Assembly: GCA_030588935.1 (NCBI GenBank)
Contig: JAUUWR010000001.1
Span: 1 to 30,887 of the forward strand
Source: a bacterium
GTDB taxonomy: Archaea; Nanobdellota; Nanobdellia; Pacearchaeales; GW2011-AR1
Length of the DNA: 30,887 nucleotides
Reading direction: 5' to 3'
Made by a program: the position numbers and the translations under genes. The notes under the pieces are model-generated. The model made no database searches and was not told where the DNA came from. It was given only the letters and a program-made list of their open reading frames with translations. Positions 17,951 to 25,013 of the stretch are shown piece by piece (position 1 is the first letter of the stretch; every line of letters begins with the position of its first letter).

Positions 17951-18259
17951 ATGGTATATAAAAAAACATTAAAAGATTTTATATTATATTGTAAATACAG
18001 TTTAAAAGGACAAGTTTTTATAGATATTGGAGCTCCAATAACAATTAAAGGAAATCAGGGTTTAGAACACAAATCTTCTCCAAATAAAGGAGTTCCTTAT
18101 CGTGTGTTAGACATACTTGATAAGGCAAAATGGAATCCAAATCAACTTAGGACAACGCTAATAATAGAGTATGAAAATCAGACAACTGGGGAAACAAAGA
18201 TAGAACAGACATATTTGGATGAGAGACTTAATGATGAGTCTAGGTCGCAGGATTGGTAG
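17951..18259 (+). CDS. hypothetical protein (102 aa ORFan)
   Basis: Preceded by the GGGAAGGAGAGTTCT element; stop lies 1 nt from the convergent gene. Confidence 0.65.
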   Translation: MVYKKTLKDFILYCKYSLKGQVFIDIGAPITIKGNQGLEHKSSPNKGVPYRVLDILDKAKWNPNQLRTTLIIEYENQTTGETKIEQTYLDERLNDESRSQDW

Positions 18260-18260
18260 T

Positions 18261-18728
18261 TTAATTTGTTTTCACCCTCTTATTAACCTCCATCAGCAAT
18301 TCTTTAGCTAATAAGAGATATTCTTTGATTTTATGAATGTCAAGAGTTTGTGTGTGCAGGTTATCTGAAAGAATGACCACTTTGTTTTGCTTGACAAACT
18401 CCATTGCACTTTGTTTGTGTTTTTTATTTAATTCAAGGATTTCGAGGATTTTTTTGATTTGTTCGTTGGTTAAATTATAGGTTTTAGCGCATTTATCTGT
18501 GAAAGTCCTGATGTTTTCTCTGTTATTTGCGTAAAGTTGGATTCTCTTGTATAAATACTCATAATTTAAAATGGCATTTATGCAGTTTATTATTGATTTA
18601 TGGATTTCATCGAAGATTTTTAAAATAAGCCTTTGTTCGTTTACAAGAGGTAATGTAACATATGTCATGTGGTCTGCTATTTGCAGGCTTCTTACAGCTT
18701 GTTTTAAATTTTCCTGGAATTTTTCCAT
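18261..18728 (-). CDS. conserved-looking helical hypothetical protein (possible HEPN-like), paralog B
   Basis: QIADHMTYVTLPL motif shared with ORF 17118-17573; carries the long upstream element. Confidence 0.75.
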   Translation of the reverse strand: MEKFQENLKQAVRSLQIADHMTYVTLPLVNEQRLILKIFDEIHKSIINCINAILNYEYLYKRIQLYANNRENIRTFTDKCAKTYNLTNEQIKKILEILELNKKHKQSAMEFVKQNKVVILSDNLHTQTLDIHKIKEYLLLAKELLMEVNKRVKTN

Positions 18729-18890
18729 AACAAATAGAAGGAAGATTTGTTAATAAAATTATATGTATTGGAATTATTTTATTCTTTATTCTGGAATCCT
18801 TAGAAAATTTTAAGTGTTTAATATTGGTTTATTTAGCGTACTTGAGCATTTCATCTCTCGAACTTATGTTCTTGTAAGATTATTAGTTAA
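18729..18890 (-). promoter_or_regulatory. Long upstream element copy 8 (ORF 18261-18728)
   Basis: TGGAAT 18769 and 18792; TTCATCTCTCGAAC 18850-18863; CTTGTAAGATTATTAG upstream, as in copies 1 and 4. Confidence 0.7.
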
Positions 18891-18895
18891 TGATA

Positions 18896-19063
18896 TTAAC
18901 CACTAATGGGAAAGAAGATTTTTAAGATTACAACAAAAGCTATAATTGCGATTATAAATAAGATTATATGGGAGGGTTTTATTTTGAATCTGCTGTTGTA
19001 TTCTTCACTATAACGCATTAATCCGCCTCCTGAAGAGGGCATGTGTATTCCTTGTTGTGCCAT
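18896..19063 (-). CDS. secG: Preprotein translocase subunit Sec61beta (archaeal SecG)
   Basis: Missing from the ORF track; hand translation MAQQGIHMPSSGGGLMRYSEEYNSRFKIKPSHIILFIIAIIAFVVILKIFFPISG* shows the P-S-x-GGLxRY..E...KI.P pattern plus one C-terminal TM helix. Confidence 0.92.
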   Translation of the reverse strand: MAQQGIHMPSSGGGLMRYSEEYNSRFKIKPSHIILFIIAIIAFVVILKIFFPISG

Positions 19064-19180
19064 TTTATTTGTCTTATTTAATTTATTTGGAATTTAATTA
19101 ATATTTTAAGCTATGTTGATGAGTAGCTTGAGTTTCTGTTGTGTGTATCTCTATTCTTTTTAAGATAATGATATTCTTTT
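19064..19180 (-). promoter_or_regulatory. Long upstream element copy 9 (sec61beta), partial
   Basis: Sense AAGCTACTCATCAACATAGCTTAAAATATT..AAATTCCA, closely similar to copy 1 (CTCATCAACCAAGCTTAATATT..AAATTCCA). Confidence 0.6.
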
Positions 19181-19234
19181 ATTTTGTTAATTTCTACAAT
19201 AAGATATTATTTAAAAAGGTTGTTGTTGTAATAT

Positions 19235-19459
19235 TTAAGCGGCTTGTTTAGAAATTTTAACAAATGTATCTATAGAGCTATGGTATTTTCTACATCTCCT
19301 AGCTATTTGTTTTTGGCTTAATCCTTCTATTGAATCTCCTATATCATTATGTTTTTCCTTAATATTATAATAATCTATTTTATCGAATTCAGTTAGTGTT
19401 TCGTTTGAGTATTTTTCCCAAATTTCTTTAAGTTCTTGTTTATGAAATTCTGCTAACAT
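19235..19459 (-). CDS. hypothetical protein (74 aa ORFan)
   Basis: Short ORF divergent from valS; no family recognised. Confidence 0.5.
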   Translation of the reverse strand: MLAEFHKQELKEIWEKYSNETLTEFDKIDYYNIKEKHNDIGDSIEGLSQKQIARRCRKYHSSIDTFVKISKQAA

Positions 19460-19540
19460 ATTTTATTAATTTATATTTATTTTTTAAGCATTTAGATATA
19501 CAATCACAAGATTTAAAATATAAGTTTATTTAAAAAGGTT

Positions 19541-21970
19541 ATGGATATATATGATGCACAAAAAGTAGAGCAAAAAATTCGTAGATTTTGGGAAAAGGAG
19601 AAAATCTTTAAGTTTGATTTTAAAAGAAAAGGCAGGGTTTTTAGTATAGATACTCCGCCACCATATGTTTCTGGAGCAATGCATATCGGGCATGCTTTTT
19701 CATATGCTCAGCAAGATTTTATAGTAAGATTTAGAAGAATGAGTGGAAATGTCTTTTATCCATTTGGGACAGATGATAATGGACTGCCTACTGAAAGATT
19801 TGTTGAAAAGATAAATAAAATAAAAAGCAAGAGTATGTCAAGAGCAAAATTCATAGAATTATGTCTGAAAACCATTAAAAAAATGACTCCTGGATTTGTG
19901 CAGGATTACAAGGATTTGGGTATTTCTGCTGATTATGATATTTATTATTCTACTATTGATAAAAATGCGCAAAAAGTTTCCCAGAAATCTTTTGTTGATT
20001 TATTTAAAAAAAGAGAAATATATAAAAAAGAATTTCCGACTTTGTGGTGTCCAGAATGCCAGACATCTATTGCCCAGGCAGAATTGGAAGATAAAGAAAA
20101 AGAGACTACATTGAATTATATTAAAGGAAAGATGGAAGATGGTTCGTTTATTATTTATGCAACGACTCGTCCTGAATTGCATCCAGGATGTATTGGTATT
20201 TCTTTGGATCAAAAAGGAGATTATGTTAAAGTGAAAAGAGATGGTGGTGAAACTTGGATTCTGAGCAAGGATGCAGTTAAAGAAATGAAAAAAGAATTTC
20301 CTATGGATATTATTGAAAAGTTTAAGGGAAAAGATTTGCTCGGGAAAAAGGTTGAGATTAAATTTTCTGAGCAACCTGTTTATATTTCTCATGATATTTC
20401 TGCAAAGACAGGTTATGGAACCGGGGTTGTGTACTATTGCAGTTATGGGGGGTTAGATTGTGTTTTGTGGCTGACTCGCCATTCTGAAGCAAAGATAATT
20501 TCTGTTATGAGTGAGTCTGGAATTTATACAAAAGGTCCATGTAAAGGGATGAGATCAGATGCAGCAAGAGAGAAAATTTTAGAGTTGCTGGACAAGGAAG
20601 GATATTTAATTAAGAAAGAGAAAATGAAACATTCTGCTAATGTTCATGATAAGTGCGGGACTCCAGTTGAATATATTCAAACAGAGCAGTGGTTTATTAA
20701 GATTTTAGATAAAAAGAAAAAATTAATTGAGCAAGGGAAGAAAATTAAGTGGTATCCTGAGTTTATGTTTAAGAGGTATGAGAACTGGGTTAATGGATTA
20801 GAATGGAATTGGAGTATTTCAAGAGACAGGCATTTTGGAGTTCCTATTCCTGTTTGGGAGTGCAGGTGTGGGAAGATAATCTTGCCTGAGGAAAATGAAT
20901 TACCTGTAGACCCTTTGCAAGTTAAGAAAAAATGCTCTAAATGCGGAGAAATTGCAAAAGGAGAAGAAAGAGTTTTAGATACTTGGGCAACTTCTTCTTT
21001 AACACCTCAAATTGCTAGTTCTTTAATTAATAATAAAGTTAAGATTCCATATTCTCTTCGTCCGCAAGCTCATGATATAATAAGAACTTGGGCGTTTTAC
21101 ACAATAGTCAAATCTTTGCTTCATGAAAATAAAATTCCTTGGGAAAATATTATGGTTTCTGGTTTTGTTACATTAGGAGGAAAGAAAATGTCAAAAAGCA
21201 AGGGGACTGGTGTTCAGCCTCATGAAGTTTTTGAAAAATATGGTGCAGATGCATTAAGGTTTTGGGCATCTGGAAGCAAATTGGGAGAAGATTTAAATTA
21301 TCAAGAAAAAGATTTAATTGCAGGAAAAAGATTTGCAACTAAATTATGGAATGCTTCTCGGTTTGTTTTTATGAATTTGAAAGATTATGATGGAAAGAAG
21401 CCGAAGAAGTTAGAGAAAATTGATGAGTTGTTTTTGGGAAAGTTAAATTTTTTGATTAGGGATTGCACTAAATATTTTGAGAAATATGAATATTCAAAAG
21501 CAAGAGCAGAGACAGATAAATTTTTTTGGCATGATTTTTGTGATAATTATCTTGAGATTGTTAAGAAGAGGGTTTATAAGGGAAAAGGGGGCAAGAGAGC
21601 TTCTGCACAATATGGCTTATATCAGTCGTTGTTGACTATATTGAAGTTGATTGCTCCGATAATGCCTTTTATTACAGAAGAGATTTATCAGAATTATTTT
21701 AGGAAGTTTGAGAGGAAGAAGAGTGTTCATATTTCAAAATGGCCTGAAGCTGGGAAAATTGGAGATTCAAAAGAATTTGATTTGTTTATTAGAATTTTAA
21801 GTAAAGTTAGGCAAGCAAAAACAAAGGTTAAAAAGTCAATGAATGCTGAGATTGATTTGAGTATTGATAAAAAAGATTATGCCCGGTTGGATGGGATGAT
21901 TGAAGATTTGAAAGATGTTGTGAATGCGAAAGAAATGAAAACTGGGAAGTTTGGGGTGGAATTTATATAA
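19541..21970 (+). CDS. valS: Valyl-tRNA synthetase
   Basis: FSIDTPPPYVSGAMHIGH, FGTDDNGLP, TTRPE, WSISRDRHFGVPIP, LDTWATSS, KMSKS, ADALRFW, FCDNYLE. Confidence 0.96.
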   Translation: MDIYDAQKVEQKIRRFWEKEKIFKFDFKRKGRVFSIDTPPPYVSGAMHIGHAFSYAQQDFIVRFRRMSGNVFYPFGTDDNGLPTERFVEKINKIKSKSMSRAKFIELCLKTIKKMTPGFVQDYKDLGISADYDIYYSTIDKNAQKVSQKSFVDLFKKREIYKKEFPTLWCPECQTSIAQAELEDKEKETTLNYIKGKMEDGSFIIYATTRPELHPGCIGISLDQKGDYVKVKRDGGETWILSKDAVKEMKKEFPMDIIEKFKGKDLLGKKVEIKFSEQPVYISHDISAKTGYGTGVVYYCSYGGLDCVLWLTRHSEAKIISVMSESGIYTKGPCKGMRSDAAREKILELLDKEGYLIKKEKMKHSANVHDKCGTPVEYIQTEQWFIKILDKKKKLIEQGKKIKWYPEFMFKRYENWVNGLEWNWSISRDRHFGVPIPVWECRCGKIILPEENELPVDPLQVKKKCSKCGEIAKGEERVLDTWATSSLTPQIASSLINNKVKIPYSLRPQAHDIIRTWAFYTIVKSLLHENKIPWENIMVSGFVTLGGKKMSKSKGTGVQPHEVFEKYGADALRFWASGSKLGEDLNYQEKDLIAGKRFATKLWNASRFVFMNLKDYDGKKPKKLEKIDELFLGKLNFLIRDCTKYFEKYEYSKARAETDKFFWHDFCDNYLEIVKKRVYKGKGGKRASAQYGLYQSLLTILKLIAPIMPFITEEIYQNYFRKFERKKSVHISKWPEAGKIGDSKEFDLFIRILSKVRQAKTKVKKSMNAEIDLSIDKKDYARLDGMIEDLKDVVNAKEMKTGKFGVEFI

Positions 21971-21978
21971 TGGATAGA

Positions 21979-22030
21979 TTTAAAAATAACAAAATCATAA
22001 TAAAATTGCCTAAATGGGAAAGAGAGTTCT
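21979..22030 (+). promoter_or_regulatory. ORFan-associated promoter/leader element copy D
   Basis: TTTAAAAATAACAAAATCATAATAAAATTGCCTAAATGGGAAAGAGAGTTCT, 8 nt before ATG 22039. Confidence 0.7.
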
Positions 22031-22032
22031 GA

Positions 22033-22380
22033 GTGAAAATGCAAAAAGGATTATTAAGAAAAATTGGATATGGAATATTAATAGCTTTGGCCTCAGGTGT
22101 ATTAAGTGGAAAATTAAGTTACGAAGAAGGTTATAAAAGAGGGGTAGGAAAAGAAAGAAAGGAATATGAAGAAAGAATAATGCACGCAAAGATAAAAGAT
22201 ATAAATTTAGATGGAAAAGGAGATTTAATTCTCCCACATTATGAAGATGATGTGTGGATTCCCAGGTTATTTATCAATGAAGGAGAATTTTTTTGCCCAG
22301 TGGAAACATATGTAAAAGTAAATTCAAGGAAGGAATTATATAAGTTGTATGAAGTTGGATATGAAGAAATTAAAAAATAA
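22033..22380 (+). CDS. hypothetical membrane-anchored protein with DINLDGKGD Ca-binding-like loop (probable start ATG 22039)
   Basis: N-terminal TM segment; DxNxDGxxD motif; preceded by the GGGAAAGAGAGTTCT element. Confidence 0.65.
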   Translation: MKMQKGLLRKIGYGILIALASGVLSGKLSYEEGYKRGVGKERKEYEERIMHAKIKDINLDGKGDLILPHYEDDVWIPRLFINEGEFFCPVETYVKVNSRKELYKLYEVGYEEIKK

Positions 22381-22388
22381 AAAATAAA

Positions 22389-22865
22389 ATGTTTGAAAAT
22401 TTTACAGATAGAAGCAAAAAAGTAATGGCTCTTGCTAATCAAGAAGCTCTTAATTTTAATCATGAATATATTGGGACAGAACATGTTTCATCACAATCAA
22501 AAGTTCAGGAAATTGAAAAACCTTGGAAAATCCCTAGAAAAGATATGGACCTTATAACATTTTTACAAATTCAGAAATATAAAGTAGTTGAAGGGCCGAC
22601 AGATTATTTTGATATATCAAAAGTAGAAGATTCTTCTGATATAAAGATTGGGAAACTTAATTTTGATAGGGATGGATATATAAGGGTTATTTATGATTTA
22701 AACAATGTGAAACAAATAGGGCATGCTCTTGATTTAAGAGACATTTTTGACAACAATGGGGTTAAATACCAAGAAGAGCCTCCTTCTTCAGAAATTCTAG
22801 AAGCATTAAAAAAACCTGTAAAAGATGTAGCTTCTCTTATAGATAGATTAGAAAAAAGAGTTTAG
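22389..22865 (+). CDS. hypothetical protein with an N-terminal Clp_N (ClpC/ClpB N-domain) fragment
   Basis: First 32 aa MFENFTDRSKKVMALANQEALNFNHEYIGTEH match the ClpC N-terminus; the remainder is unrelated. Confidence 0.75.
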   Translation: MFENFTDRSKKVMALANQEALNFNHEYIGTEHVSSQSKVQEIEKPWKIPRKDMDLITFLQIQKYKVVEGPTDYFDISKVEDSSDIKIGKLNFDRDGYIRVIYDLNNVKQIGHALDLRDIFDNNGVKYQEEPPSSEILEALKKPVKDVASLIDRLEKRV

Positions 22866-22897
22866 AAACAATTATAAAACTATTTCTATTTGATTTA

Positions 22898-23030
22898 TTA
22901 TATAAAAAACACCTATAACTTTATAAGAATATAAGTTCGAGAGATGAGGAGCTTAAGCAAACAAAAAAGGCGCAAGCAAACTCATAACATAACTTAATAT
23001 ATTGTAAGATTCCAAAAAAATAAAAACAAA
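22898..23030 (+). promoter_or_regulatory. Long upstream element copy 10 (aRF1)
   Basis: TTATATAAAAAAC 22898; GTTCGAGAGATGAG 22935-22948; GCTTAAGC 22951; CTCAT 22981; AAGATTCCA 23006-23014; near-copy of copy 1. Confidence 0.8.
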
Positions 23031-24125
23031 ATGCCAATAGAACAAGCAGACAAATTAAGACTTGAGGAATTCCTTGAGGAAATGCGGGAGTATAAAGCTC
23101 GGCATACAGAGTTGATTACAGTTTATGTTCCAGCAGGTTTTGATATTAATTTGATTACTAAGCAGTTGGAGAGTGAGAAATCTACTTGTACTAACATTAA
23201 GTCGACTACGACTAGGAAAAATGTTCAGGATGCTCTTGAGAGTTTGATAAGGTTGACTAAGGGGATGAAAAAGACGCCTAAAAATGGGGTCGCATTGTTT
23301 GCTGGAAATGTTTCTAAGACAGAGGGGCAGGATGATTTTATAACAGAGGCTTTTGAGCCTCCTGAAGGACTGAATGTAAGATTGTATAGATGTGACCAGA
23401 CTTTTGTTCTTGAACCTTTAGAGGAGATGTTGGAAGTAAAAGAGGTTTATGGGTTGGTTGCTCTTGATAGAAAAGAAGCTGCTATTGGTTTGCTGGTTGG
23501 GAAAAAAATTAAGGTTTTGCAAAAATTTGATTCTGGGGTTCCTGGAAAAACGCATAAAGGCGGGCAAAGTGCTCAAAGATTTGTAAGGATAAGGGAAGAA
23601 ATAGCTAAAAAGTTTTTTAAGAAAATAGCAGATGTGATGAAGAGAGAATTTTTTGATTTAGAAAATTTAAAAGGGATTTTGCTTGGAGGACCTGGACCTG
23701 CTAAAGAAGATTTTCTTAAGGAAGGAGATTTAGTAACTGCTTTGCAAGATAAAATTTTAGCTGTTAAAGATATTGGCTATGCTGATGAGCATGGGTTGGA
23801 GTTATTAGTTGAAGGGTCAGGAGATATTTTAGCAGAACAGGAAATTATTCATGAAAAAAAAATATTAGAGAAATTTTTTGATATGCTTGGGAAACAAAAA
23901 GATAAAACTGCTTACAAGCAAAAAGCAGTTGAGAAAGCTTTGAATTACGGGGCTGTTGATACTTTATTGCTGTCTAAGAAATTGAAAAAAGCAGATATTA
24001 AGAAGTTTGAGAAAAAAGCAAGTGAGACTGATGTTAAGGTGGAGTTGATTTCAGTTGATACTGAAGAAGGCCAGCAGTTTTGGAATTTGGGAGGGGTTGG
24101 AGGGATTTTGAGGTTTTCTGTTTAG
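23031..24125 (+). CDS. prf1: Archaeal peptide chain release factor aRF1
   Basis: TELITVY, NIKS, YRCD..F, KTHKGGQSAQRF (GGQ), GGVGGILRF. Confidence 0.97.
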   Translation: MPIEQADKLRLEEFLEEMREYKARHTELITVYVPAGFDINLITKQLESEKSTCTNIKSTTTRKNVQDALESLIRLTKGMKKTPKNGVALFAGNVSKTEGQDDFITEAFEPPEGLNVRLYRCDQTFVLEPLEEMLEVKEVYGLVALDRKEAAIGLLVGKKIKVLQKFDSGVPGKTHKGGQSAQRFVRIREEIAKKFFKKIADVMKREFFDLENLKGILLGGPGPAKEDFLKEGDLVTALQDKILAVKDIGYADEHGLELLVEGSGDILAEQEIIHEKKILEKFFDMLGKQKDKTAYKQKAVEKALNYGAVDTLLLSKKLKKADIKKFEKKASETDVKVELISVDTEEGQQFWNLGGVGGILRFSV

Positions 24126-24164
24126 GATAATAATTTTTATAAATGATAGAAATCTATAATTAAT

Positions 24165-24350
24165 ATGAAAGAAGATTATAGTGAGGTAGTTAGGAAATAT
24201 AAGGGTCGTCCTCTTACTTTTGAAGAGGAGAGAGAATTATGTGTTAATTCTATAAAAAGGATAGGGCCTTTTTTGAGAGAATTTGAAAGAGCTCATATAG
24301 AAAGTTTATCTGAAGCTATTAGAAAGGGAGTAACTTGTTATGCTGCTTAG
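24165..24350 (+). CDS. hypothetical protein (61 aa)
   Basis: Short ORF with TTTATAAA at 24136-24143 (-29). Confidence 0.55.
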   Translation: MKEDYSEVVRKYKGRPLTFEEERELCVNSIKRIGPFLREFERAHIESLSEAIRKGVTCYAA

Positions 24351-24394
24351 TCTACTATCAAAATATTTATAATCTGATTCTTATTAGTTAATTA

Positions 24395-24979
24395 ATGGAA
24401 AAAGAGAAATATGTGACATCTGAGACAGTGAAAGAAATGGATGAAGCAGGGGAAAGAGAAGGTTTGAAGAAATTAGAGGCAGCTTTATTTTTGTCTGCAA
24501 AGTTTTTGACATTGCAGGAATTAGTTATGTTGACTGATATTAACCCGCTTATGATTAAGGAATTGCTTAATAAGTTGATTGAGAAATATAATAAAGAGGA
24601 TTCTGCGATTGAGATTGTTGTTAAAGAAAATATGTGGAAAATGGATGTTAGGCAGGAATATGTTCATATGATTAATAAATTAGCAACAGGAAGTGCAGAG
24701 TTTAGCAAAACAGAACAAGAGACATTGGCTGTAATTGCATATAAACAGCCTGTTAAACAATCTGTTGTAATTAAGATAAGAGGGAACAAGGCTTACGAGC
24801 ATGTTAAAAAATTTATCGATGTTGGATTGGTTAGTGCCAAGAAATCTGGGAGAACAAAAGAATTAAAATTAAGTGATGATTTTTTTGAGTATTTCCACTT
24901 GCAGAAAAAAGAAGGAAAGATTATTGGTATTGAAGAGAAAGGGGAAAGAGAAGCAATAATGAATGACAATAATTCTTAA
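24395..24979 (+). CDS. scpB: SMC-Scp complex subunit ScpB
   Basis: LEAALF, FSKTEQETLAVIAYKQPV.QS.V..IRG double winged-helix signature. Confidence 0.93.
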   Translation: MEKEKYVTSETVKEMDEAGEREGLKKLEAALFLSAKFLTLQELVMLTDINPLMIKELLNKLIEKYNKEDSAIEIVVKENMWKMDVRQEYVHMINKLATGSAEFSKTEQETLAVIAYKQPVKQSVVIKIRGNKAYEHVKKFIDVGLVSAKKSGRTKELKLSDDFFEYFHLQKKEGKIIGIEEKGEREAIMNDNNS

Positions 24980-25013
24980 ATAGATAATTTTTATTCTTAA
25001 ACAGAAAAGAAGA

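Noticed and set aside
19064-19540. Replication origin at the switch from mostly minus-strand to plus-strand genes
   Set aside because: No orc1/cdc6 gene and no recognisable ORB repeats; several plus-strand core genes occur before the switch; skew cannot be judged from 31 kb.
325-23014. AAGATTCCA as a Shine-Dalgarno sequence or TATA substitute
   Set aside because: It is not complementary to the canonical archaeal anti-SD, sits too far from the ATG for an SD, and is slightly too close and too variable for a -29 TATA position. It is kept only as an unexplained motif.
24395-24979. scpB without adjacent smc/scpA as an anomaly
   Set aside because: Unlinked scpB is common, and the partners may lie outside the window.
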